This document shows, piece after piece, positions 10,565 through 19,184 of a stretch of 64,000 nt of DNA. Source of the DNA: Candidatus Sumerlaeaceae bacterium (lineage in GTDB: Bacteria > Sumerlaeota > Sumerlaeia > Sumerlaeales > Sumerlaeaceae); assembly GCA_051003195.1 (NCBI GenBank), contig JBPCLP010000045.1, positions 160,001-224,000 of the forward strand, written 5' to 3'. Made by a program: the position numbers and the translations under genes. Under the pieces are notes generated by a model that saw only the letters and a program-made list of their open reading frames with translations, ran no database searches and was not told the origin of the DNA. Every line of letters starts with the position of its first letter. Position 1 is the first letter of the stretch.

Positions 10565-11719
10565 TCAGAGCTTCCCACTGAGCATGATCTTGAGCATCGG
10601 TTCATAAACAGAAGCCATTCGCAGAAATCCCAGGTCGGTCGGATGCACGCCATCCACGGTTCCGTTTTCACGTCCGGATAGCTGGGCCTCTGCGTAAAGA
10701 TAATGCAGCCGCTTTGTACCCTGCTTGCGTGCCTTGTCGAAAATATCGCGAAGCGCCAGGTTCTGCGTGGCGGTTGTAGAGTAGAGCGGATTCTCAACAA
10801 GCAGGATGGGCGTCGTTGGATGTTTCGCCCGCAACGTCTTCACAAAAGCGGGTATCCGTTCGCGCACCTGGTCCACGGTCATGTTAGGCAGCGGCTCCAG
10901 CACGTAAGCTGCGGCCTCTACATCGGCAACGAGCGCCTGCATTTCGGGATCGGACTTACCGGACCCCGAAAAGCCCAGGTTAATGACCGGACGATTCAGC
11001 CAGCGACCAAGAATTGCTGTGTGGCACATCCCCGCACGTGACGCGCAACCACCCTGCGTCATCGATGTGCCATAGAACACGATGGGCTTATCTTTGCGCG
11101 GCGTCAACGGCGCGATAAACGCCTCCGCAGCCACCCCAACCTTTAGTTCGCTTATCTGGTCGTACAGCGGCAAATAGAGCATGTATTCGGTGAGCACGCC
11201 GGGTCGGGTGCGCGTCAAAGTCGCCACCGTGCGCGTCGTTTCTACGGGTTTTCCCGTGCCGCAATAAACCCACTCACTCCCCTGGTGCGCATACAGGTCG
11301 ACACCGCTGCTTCCCGTGCGCGCCATGTGGCTCATCTTGAACCCGCTGGTCCAGATGGCACCAATCGTGGTCGAGTCCGTCGCAAACCGTATGCACAATC
11401 CCGCCGTGTTTTTGCTGAGGAACCACACGGTTGTGGTCACGCTGGATTCTGCGCGTACCGGCAGGCGGCTGTAGGTGGTAGGCGTATCGTTAAAGCCCTT
11501 GCCCTCCAGTGTCAGCAGCGACGCATCGTACCAGGCCAGGGGTGAGTTATCCTCGCCTGTGGCAAGCGCAGAATCCAGGCGCGCGCCGATGGTCGTCTCA
11601 GGTATGGCCGCCACCGTAGTGGATGTCGTCTGACGAGACGCACGCCGCGTCGCGGCTTCAACCGGGTGCAGCACACTAACACACAACATCGTCCATAAAC
11701 CACAATAGATCCATCGCAT
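10565..11719 (-). CDS. Secreted SGNH/GDSL hydrolase with GxDLY N-terminal domain
   Basis: SGVDLY, FYGTSMTQG, NLGFSG, DGVHP. Start moved to ATG 11719, which has an AAGGAGAG RBS. Confidence 0.88.
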   Translation of the reverse strand: MRWIYCGLWTMLCVSVLHPVEAATRRASRQTTSTTVAAIPETTIGARLDSALATGEDNSPLAWYDASLLTLEGKGFNDTPTTYSRLPVRAESSVTTTVWFLSKNTAGLCIRFATDSTTIGAIWTSGFKMSHMARTGSSGVDLYAHQGSEWVYCGTGKPVETTRTVATLTRTRPGVLTEYMLYLPLYDQISELKVGVAAEAFIAPLTPRKDKPIVFYGTSMTQGGCASRAGMCHTAILGRWLNRPVINLGFSGSGKSDPEMQALVADVEAAAYVLEPLPNMTVDQVRERIPAFVKTLRAKHPTTPILLVENPLYSTTATQNLALRDIFDKARKQGTKRLHYLYAEAQLSGRENGTVDGVHPTDLGFLRMASVYEPMLKIMLSGKL

Positions 11720-11931
11720 GTAAGGTCTCTCCTTAATTGAAGCTCCAATAAATTGGTGCCCCGTTTGCACAATGCGAGGCAAAACTCCGTCGCTGTACGG
11801 CCGCGATTAATCCGCACGAACCACCATTTTTGCGACTAAACAGTGGCTATCCCAATGTGCTGAATAACCCCAAAACGAGCGGGTAGGAATCGCTTGCGCC
11901 ACAGCGCTCGGCGGCTACGTGCCGCGCCTGG

Positions 11932-12006
11932 TCCTCGGTAGCTCAATGGCAGAGCACGCGGCTGTTAACCGCGGGGTTGTAGGTTCGAGTCCTACCCGGG
12001 GAGCCA
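11932..12006 (+). tRNA. tRNA-Asn(GTT)
   Basis: TCCTCGGTAGCTCAATGGCAGAGC..CTGTTAA..GGTTCGAGTCC..CCGGGGAGCCA; cloverleaf with encoded CCA. Confidence 0.97.
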
Positions 12007-12144
12007 CTTTCAGATTCCATGCACAGCACCGTCGGCTGGCGCAACTGTGTAGAACTGCTGCACTCTGGGCACACCGGCGCTATTCCCGGTTGTGAATTCG
12101 ATTTCTTCTGGCAGACCCATGGTTCAGGCACTCCAGGAGGACGT

Positions 12145-12660
12145 ATGGATAACGCGTTACGCACCGTCATAGAAATGAACGAATTTGTCTGGCAGCATCT
12201 CCGGGAAGATCTGAAAGGCTTCTCATCCGACGAGGTGAACTGGAGGCCGCTACCTTATGCAAACAGCATAAACCTGATTGTTCGACACCTGCGGATCGAA
12301 GCGCAGTGGAAACTCGCGAGTCTGCAACTTGGCGAAGCCGAGCCGATAGAGGCCACACCCAGCGTCAAAGCGTTTGTAGATTCAGTCGGGTTCAACTATG
12401 AGACTAATCTGGACAAGCTTGACGAGCTCTGCACCCGCTTCATTGGCGTGTTGCGTGAAATGGACGAGGCCACTCTTCTGAAGCGAAACGAAGAAGCGCA
12501 CGGCAAGCATTCTCCCGCGCCGCACTTTCTGAGCTTTCATCATCCGACACATATGTGCATGCACTGGGGACAAATCCGCACAATCCGCGTGCTATATCGC
12601 AAGTCGCGTGGCGAATCCATTCCTGCTCAGTTCTTTCCGGAGAACCTGTCATTTCCGTGA
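12145..12660 (+). CDS. DinB/YfiT-like protein
   Basis: VNWRP...NSINLIVRHL and HxxxHxGQI motifs; start at ATG 12145 after GGAGG. Confidence 0.8.
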   Translation: MDNALRTVIEMNEFVWQHLREDLKGFSSDEVNWRPLPYANSINLIVRHLRIEAQWKLASLQLGEAEPIEATPSVKAFVDSVGFNYETNLDKLDELCTRFIGVLREMDEATLLKRNEEAHGKHSPAPHFLSFHHPTHMCMHWGQIRTIRVLYRKSRGESIPAQFFPENLSFP

Positions 12661-12725
12661 CAGCCGCGATAGATAGACGGATCGTCGATAAAGGCGGACA
12701 GATCTTGATCTGCTGAAAGCAGGCG

Positions 12726-14027
12726 ATGAGTTTATCGGGCATGACTGCCTTTGAGATTATCGCGCTGTTGTTATCGCTTGCGGCACTATTCAGTTTTACC
12801 AACTATAAACTCCTGCATTTGCCCCCAACAATTGGCCTGATGATTATGGCCCTGCTTACGTCGACGCTTGTAGTTGGTCTGAGCCGGATTTTCCCTGGGG
12901 TAAGTCCCTGGGCAGCTCGAATTCTGTCAGCTATTAATTTTGATCATGTCCTGCTGCACGGCATGCTGGGATTTCTCCTGTTTGCAGGAGCAATCAACGT
13001 GGATCTCGGAGACCTGCGGAAGCATTGGCTTGTTATCAGCGTGCTGGCAACCGTCGGCGTGGTGCTCTCGACGGTGATCGTGGGTTCTCTCGCCTGGCTT
13101 TCCTGTCGATGGCTTGGCCTGGGTCTCAGTTTTGTTCAATGCCTTCTATTCGGAGCTCTCATCTCACCGACCGATCCGATCGCCGTCCTGGCGATACTTA
13201 AGTCTGTTGGCGCTCCGAAGGGTTTCGAGGTGCAGATTGCGGGTGAATCGCTGTTCAATGATGGGATCGGCGTCGTAGTATTTCTTGGCCTGCTGGGTTT
13301 TGCAGGTGTCACGGCTCATGTACCAGGTGATCCGGACATATGGACTGTGTTCTGGCTATTTCTACGAGATGCGATGGGTGGCGTCGTTTTTGGACTGGTG
13401 GCAGGTCTTATGGCGTTTTACCTCCTGAAGCACGTCGATGATTACCAGGTGGAGATACTGATATCGGTTGCGCTGGTTGCAGGTGGTTACGCGTTAGCCG
13501 AACGTTTGCATGTAAGTGCTCCCATTGCCATGGTAGTCAGTGGCTTACTAATCGGCAACCAGGGACGCGAATATGCCATGTCGGCCCGGACGGTGGAAAA
13601 CCTGGATAAGTTCTGGGAGCTGGTGGATGAGATTTTGAATGCTGTCTTATTTGTGCTGATCGGACTTGTGGTTATGGTGCTTACCTTCCATAAGGAACAC
13701 CTGGTTGCCGGGCTTCTGATGATACCAGGTGTGCTGCTTGCTCGCATGGTATCTGTGGCCGCACCGCTTGGCCTGATTCGGCAACGGTGTTATACCATTC
13801 CGCATGGCGTAAAAATGCTGACCTGGGGTGGACTTCGCGGTGGCATCTCGGTTGCCCTGGCACTTTCGTTACGTGATTTATTTGGAGCTGAGATGGCACC
13901 GGCGGCAGAGACGATCCTCATGATGACCTATGTTGTCGTGGTGTTTTCGATTGTGGTCCAGGGGCTCACTGTTGCGCCGCTTACGCGTAAGCTTTTAGCA
14001 AACTCCGATCAGCTCCGGACGCTGTAA
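12726..14027 (+). CDS. nhaP: CPA1 family Na+/H+ antiporter
   Basis: About 12 TM segments; FGALISPTDPIAV, GESLFNDG, WGGLRG. Confidence 0.92.
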   Translation: MSLSGMTAFEIIALLLSLAALFSFTNYKLLHLPPTIGLMIMALLTSTLVVGLSRIFPGVSPWAARILSAINFDHVLLHGMLGFLLFAGAINVDLGDLRKHWLVISVLATVGVVLSTVIVGSLAWLSCRWLGLGLSFVQCLLFGALISPTDPIAVLAILKSVGAPKGFEVQIAGESLFNDGIGVVVFLGLLGFAGVTAHVPGDPDIWTVFWLFLRDAMGGVVFGLVAGLMAFYLLKHVDDYQVEILISVALVAGGYALAERLHVSAPIAMVVSGLLIGNQGREYAMSARTVENLDKFWELVDEILNAVLFVLIGLVVMVLTFHKEHLVAGLLMIPGVLLARMVSVAAPLGLIRQRCYTIPHGVKMLTWGGLRGGISVALALSLRDLFGAEMAPAAETILMMTYVVVVFSIVVQGLTVAPLTRKLLANSDQLRTL

Positions 14028-14149
14028 TTTTTATCCACGAATGCACACGAATATGCTGGAATGAAGTGAGAGTCCGGGCGCGCGGGCGCCTGATCCAGAC
14101 CGATGACGAAATGGCCTGGACGAGCGCGATGTGGATGAAGAAGCTCTGA

Positions 14150-14422
14150 TCAGTCCACCGGATCGGACGATTTGCTGCCACCATCTGCGCGATCCACAGC
14201 TTGTAGAGAATCAGGAGTCTTCTCCGCAGTCTTTTGCTGAGACGACTTTCCAAAAATCCACCACAGGCCCAGCGCGCAACAGGCCATACCTGCCATTACC
14301 CCGATCGACGTGGATTGCGTATCATTACTATGAGCAACCCCGCCTAGGGTCAGGCTGCCAAAAAGCAGAACCAATCCGAAAATAAGAAATACTGTACCAA
14401 GAACGACTCCAAGTCCACGCAC
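14150..14422 (-). CDS. Small two-TM membrane protein
   Basis: Two hydrophobic segments; GAGGGGG RBS before GTG 14422. Confidence 0.55.
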   Translation of the reverse strand: MRGLGVVLGTVFLIFGLVLLFGSLTLGGVAHSNDTQSTSIGVMAGMACCALGLWWIFGKSSQQKTAEKTPDSLQAVDRADGGSKSSDPVD

Positions 14423-14830
14423 AATATATCCCCCTCATCGCGAAATGATCCTGCTATACGTCGGATGCACACAGTCACAATCAGACTTCTCTTCGCGAGA
14501 CAATGCAAGTAAGGACCCACCGGGCCGTCCTGCGGGCAACAGGTTGTGTCGCAGCGCGCGCAGTGTCAGATATTTCGTCCGTGTGTCACCGAGCTCCCCC
14601 ACCGAGTTCTTCGGCCGACCCGGGATTTGTTTGACAACTGGTTTTCATCAAAAGCGATTGCTGAGCGTTCGCTGTAACACGCCGGCCTGGCCTGGTTGCT
14701 TTGATTCTGCACGTATCACGCCGATCCATGGCCGGAGAAGTCTGTTTCCCTCAGTAGTCTGTTCCCCTCAGTGCCCGGCGCGGATGGTATGCGCCGGAAA
14801 TATCTCATTCCTTTTTCGGAGGCAGTACCG

Positions 14831-16537
14831 ATGTTCCTCAAGCCGTACTTCTTAGCTTCAGCAGTTCTCGCCGCGCTTTGCAGCATGAGTTTTGGCGACA
14901 CGTCCGCGTTCACGATCGTGGATGACGCCGCGCTCAACTCCGCGGTCGCGCAGACGCGGACCGAGTTCATGGCGCAGCGTACCGAGACGCAGCCAAATTT
15001 CACGCGGCTGGACTGCACGCTGCTCATTCCCAACCCGGACGGCACGTGGCGCCGCGGATCGTTCAACCCCACGGCCATCGCCTATCCCGCCAGCACGGTG
15101 AAGCTGTGCTTTCTTGCATCGGCGATGAACTGGTGCGGTACCAACGGCCAGCCCTATACGGCGCTGGATGCGGATGTTTTCCCGATGATCAAGGACTCCG
15201 ATAATATTGCCACCGGGCGCGTGGTGGATTCAGTGACGGGCGCGCCGAACATTCCCGGAATGCGAAAGACTACCGACCCGGCATGGCAGCCGTGGCTGAA
15301 CGCGCGGCTCTACACCGAGAACTTCCTCACCGCGCGCGGACTGCTGGAGAACGCGAACTACTTTAACAAAACGTATCCCTCCAACTCAGGGCCGGGGCTC
15401 GTCGGGGCCGAGTCGCTTGGATTTAATAACCAGGGTTCGAACCGCATGCAGCCGAAATGCTCGGCTTCGCTGATGCTGGAACTGGCAAAAGGGGCCATCC
15501 AGCCGGGAGCCACTTCTTACGTGCTGGACGTGCTGAAGCATAACCGCTGGGACGGCAACACGATCACGGGCGCAGGTTATCCCGCCGGTACGATCTACTG
15601 CAACAAGGGCGGATGGACCAGCACCAGCAACAATGACGTGGCCTACGTAAGGCTGCCCAATGGTAAAGAATTTATCCTGTCGGTGTTTTCGAACGCTTAC
15701 GACGGCACGCAGCCGTACCCGTACGACCAGTCGATACTCAGCGTGTTTGCCGAAATGCTGATGGAACGGCTGGGACTGGAAGCGGGCGGACCTGCGAAGG
15801 TGAAAGTCGATGATGGCGGGGCCGGCTATTCAACGACCGGCGCATGGACGAGTTCGACCACAGCCAAGGAGAAGTATGGCGCTACGTATGCGTTCGCATC
15901 GGGCGGAACCGGCAATGCGACCGCGACGTTTAACCTGAACGCGCCGACGACAGGCAAATACGAGATTTGCGTGCGTTACCCGCAGGGCACCAACCGCGCC
16001 GCCGACGCGCCGTTTACGGTCAACCATGCGGGTGGGTCGAAAACGATCGCGGTGAACCAGCAGCTCACCGGCGGGCGCTGGGTGCGGCTGGGCGATTTCC
16101 AGCTTAATGCCGGGTCGGGCAGCGTGGTGCTGAGCAATGCGGTATCCAACCAGTCGAGCATCGTGGTCGCAGATGCCGTGCGCGCGCAGTTGTGGCCGGC
16201 CGGCTCACCTGCCAACAAGGTGCTTCACATCGACAATATTACGATGAGCAACGGTTCGGTCGTCTCTGACAGGGCGTATTATTTCGCGAAGGCTCTGGTT
16301 ACCGTGAAGGATGCCGCGGGCGCGCTGGTGCAGGGCGCAAATGTGCGGTGCACGTGGACGGGGATCGCCAGTGATTTCCAAAGCGCCACTACGCGCGCGA
16401 ACGGCGTTGCCGAATTCCAGGGGCCGTACAGTTCCAAGCAGGGCACCTCGACGTTCAACACACAGGAAATCATCATGGACGGCGGCGACTACAACGCGGC
16501 CGCCAACGTGATTACCTCGAAGTCGATCGGGATCTAA
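14831..16537 (+). CDS. Secreted serine hydrolase of class A beta-lactamase fold with golvesin-like and Ig-like C-terminal domains
   Basis: YPASTVK (SxxK), SDN, NKGG; then NRAADAPFTVNHAGG..VNQQ..GGRWVRLG..VVADAVR (golvesin-like). ATG 14831 after GGAGG. Confidence 0.8.
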   Translation: MFLKPYFLASAVLAALCSMSFGDTSAFTIVDDAALNSAVAQTRTEFMAQRTETQPNFTRLDCTLLIPNPDGTWRRGSFNPTAIAYPASTVKLCFLASAMNWCGTNGQPYTALDADVFPMIKDSDNIATGRVVDSVTGAPNIPGMRKTTDPAWQPWLNARLYTENFLTARGLLENANYFNKTYPSNSGPGLVGAESLGFNNQGSNRMQPKCSASLMLELAKGAIQPGATSYVLDVLKHNRWDGNTITGAGYPAGTIYCNKGGWTSTSNNDVAYVRLPNGKEFILSVFSNAYDGTQPYPYDQSILSVFAEMLMERLGLEAGGPAKVKVDDGGAGYSTTGAWTSSTTAKEKYGATYAFASGGTGNATATFNLNAPTTGKYEICVRYPQGTNRAADAPFTVNHAGGSKTIAVNQQLTGGRWVRLGDFQLNAGSGSVVLSNAVSNQSSIVVADAVRAQLWPAGSPANKVLHIDNITMSNGSVVSDRAYYFAKALVTVKDAAGALVQGANVRCTWTGIASDFQSATTRANGVAEFQGPYSSKQGTSTFNTQEIIMDGGDYNAAANVITSKSIGI

Positions 16538-16545
16538 AGCCGCAT

Positions 16546-16597
16546 CTGCCCGGACTGCGTACGCCGACGGAAAACCGAAGCGGCGCAGTCCGGGCAG
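16546..16597 (+). terminator. Strong hairpin after the serine hydrolase gene
   Basis: CTGCCCGGACTGCG / CGCAGTCCGGGCAG perfect 14-bp inverted repeat; no clear U-tract. Confidence 0.55.
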
Positions 16598-16656
16598 TGT
16601 TGTGGGTAATCGAGAATTCAAACACGATGACGGAGTGCGACCTCGCGGTTGGAGGC

Positions 16657-16694
16657 TTTCAAGTTTTCAAGTTTTTCAAGTTTTTTTCAAGTTT
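16657..16694. repeat. Tandem (T)nCAAG repeat, four copies
   Basis: TTTCAAG TTTTCAAG TTTTTCAAG TTTTTTTCAAG read directly. Confidence 0.8.
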
Positions 16695-17297
16695 ACGGTG
16701 TAGAAGCTTGAAAGGCTTGCAGATAAATCAAGTTGGCGAAAAATGGGTAATTTCGCCACTTGAAAAACGGTAATCCTCGCGTAAGGATTCGCCGGGGCCG
16801 TGGATTTCCGGCTTCCTTGCGCGATGGGCGGCTTTTTCCGCCAGGCGCAAAGGTGCAAAAAATGCCACGCGCCTTGGGCGCAGAAGTCTGTCTGCCGACT
16901 GTCACGGCGGTCAGGCTGCATAGTTGTCAAAGAACGTGTTCAGCGTTACTACGCTGGCAGGTATACACCAGTTGTGGAGGGGGTGTCACTTCCCTGGCAT
17001 TCCCTTCAGGTGGGCTAAGTCCAGTAAAGTCGAAAGAGATTTTTTGGGCAAACGTGCGCGGGTGCGTGCGGGCAACTGCGGATGAGGGCACCTGCTCGAC
17101 GTGGCATCCTGATGAGACCTTCAGGAGGAGAAAGTTTGATCGTCGTGCGTGCGAAGGGACGGCCGTCCCCGTAACTCCGTAGCCGACCTTGCGGTGAAGG
17201 TTCCATGATGCTAGCAAATTAATTAGTGAAAACGTCGACCGTTTCCGAATTTAGTCCCCTGAATTTCTACCAATCTTATGCGTGCTTGGTTTTGCGC

Positions 17298-19184
17298 TTA
17301 TGGTGCCTCCGATGCGGTGACAATTTTCCCGTGAAGCATATGCATACCGCAGGAGTAGTCGATCTCGCCGGTGGCCGTGGTGGGTAGATCGATGACGGTC
17401 TTTGCGTACGGCTTCAACTCCTGCTCGATCCCAAGCGATGGGATCAGCACCTTGTTCGTACACGTCCCTTCGTCGCGACGGTCGAACACAATGCGGCGCG
17501 GTTGGCCGGCAGCGAGGCGCAGCACTTCTGGTTCGAAGCCGCCCTTCACAATGATCGTGGGTTCTGTAGCTGCCGGAGCTTTTGTCTCGTCTGAAACGTT
17601 AATCGTAGAGGAAGGGTTCAGCCGATTCTCGGCGTCGATAAGGAATGACCCTTCTCCGGCGACCTCCATCCCAGCTTTAAGCCCGGCGAGGAGCGGGTAC
17701 CAATCGCCGACGCGCGCTCCAACTTCCACCTGACGTGCATCGTAGACGCCTTTCGCCTGCTCCATGTAGACGAACTTGCGCGTCCCGGTGTCGATCACCG
17801 AGTTTTCGGGTACGGCGAGCACCTTCTGGCGGCGCCATTTGGTCATGTTCATGCCGCAGTCGCACAACGTGCACACGCCGGGGCGTTCCTGAAAAGCTTC
17901 CGGGTGCATGACGCATGTGTACCCCTCTTCCCACTCAGGTTCGTGATCCGGTTGCACAAGGCTGATGGCGCCTGATCCACGCGCGGCATACACGGTCGCG
18001 GAAGTTTGTGCGCCTGACGCACCCTGGCCGGAGGTGGCTACCGCCTCCGCAGACCTGTGCGAGAGATCCGGTGGCTCCAGTGGCTCGAATCCACCAATGG
18101 GCGCGCGGATCTCGGCAGTTGTATACATGCCCGGGCGGAGCTTCTGACCCGGGTTGTTGATTTCGATCCGGACCTTTACCGAACGTGACAATGGGTCCAC
18201 CGTCGGGTAGATGAAGCTCACGTTGCCGATGAACATCACTCCCGGGTAGGCTATTGTTCGCACATCCACGGCCTGGCCAACTTTAACGTGCGCCAGATCA
18301 GCCTCAAGCACATTGGCTTGAACCCAGACGCGACCAAGGTCGGCCACTGAAAGCAGTTCGGCCCCTTGCTCAAGGTACTGGCCTTCCACGATCTTCTTGT
18401 CCAGTACTGTGCCGGCAATGGGTGTGTAGTACGTGATCACGCGCGGCACCTGCTTGGAGCGCGCGATCTCGGCAACCTGCTCAGAAGTGAACCCGGATAG
18501 AAGCAGTCGTTCCCGCGCGGCGTTTGCGAGGTTTACGCCCGCCACGTCTGCCGACTTTAGTGCGATCACGTACTCCATGGCCGCCGCAATATACTCGGGG
18601 CTGTAAATCTGCGCGACGGGATCGCCTTTCTTCACCTGTGCGCCCACGTAGTTGACCAGCAGCTTCTCGACGCGACCAGGAAAACGATTCGCGATGGTAG
18701 ACTGGGCTGTCTCCATCGCCTCAATCTGGCCGACTACGCGCAGTTCGCGTGAGAGCACCCGCTTCGAAATGAGTTCTGTCTTCACGCCACCTTCAGCAAC
18801 CCGCTGTGGCGAGACCTGCACACGTGCGACGGTGCCTGCAGGCAGATCTTCTTTCTCTCCCTTGCCGCGCTTCACCAGGTCCATACCGCAGATCGGGCAC
18901 TTATCGAAGTGGTCACGGACTATAAAGGTGTGCATGGGACAGAAGTACTCGGATTTGCTGTCGGAGACAACCAGGGCGGACGTTCCGCGGCGCGTGTACT
19001 TTTCGTAGTAATTCTGCACTACATCCCAGTAGCCAATCAGGCCGGCAGAGATGAGCAGAACTGCGACAAAGCGCAGGCGCACCTCGGCAATCTTAACGGC
19101 AAACCAGAAGCGCTTCCAGAAACCTGGCCGTGTGGTTTGCGCCGCCATGGATTCCTTGTTTGTATCAGGTGAGGAGGCGTTCAT
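17298..19184 (-). CDS. cusB: CusB-like RND periplasmic adaptor with heavy-metal-binding domains and a C-terminal cupredoxin-like domain
   Basis: YFCPMH..CPICGMDL, barrel-sandwich core, YTCVMHP..CDCGM, C-terminal YSCGMHMLHG. ATG 19184 overlaps the cusA stop (ATGA). Confidence 0.88.
   Translation of the reverse strand: MNASSPDTNKESMAAQTTRPGFWKRFWFAVKIAEVRLRFVAVLLISAGLIGYWDVVQNYYEKYTRRGTSALVVSDSKSEYFCPMHTFIVRDHFDKCPICGMDLVKRGKGEKEDLPAGTVARVQVSPQRVAEGGVKTELISKRVLSRELRVVGQIEAMETAQSTIANRFPGRVEKLLVNYVGAQVKKGDPVAQIYSPEYIAAAMEYVIALKSADVAGVNLANAARERLLLSGFTSEQVAEIARSKQVPRVITYYTPIAGTVLDKKIVEGQYLEQGAELLSVADLGRVWVQANVLEADLAHVKVGQAVDVRTIAYPGVMFIGNVSFIYPTVDPLSRSVKVRIEINNPGQKLRPGMYTTAEIRAPIGGFEPLEPPDLSHRSAEAVATSGQGASGAQTSATVYAARGSGAISLVQPDHEPEWEEGYTCVMHPEAFQERPGVCTLCDCGMNMTKWRRQKVLAVPENSVIDTGTRKFVYMEQAKGVYDARQVEVGARVGDWYPLLAGLKAGMEVAGEGSFLIDAENRLNPSSTINVSDETKAPAATEPTIIVKGGFEPEVLRLAAGQPRRIVFDRRDEGTCTNKVLIPSLGIEQELKPYAKTVIDLPTTATGEIDYSCGMHMLHGKIVTASEAP

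Noticed and set aside
11943..12170. 75-aa minus-strand ORF (and similarly 38047-38307)
   Set aside because: Typical antisense translations of tRNA genes.
12007..14450. Integrated islet at tRNA-Asn
   Set aside because: No integrase and no duplicated tRNA 3' end seen.
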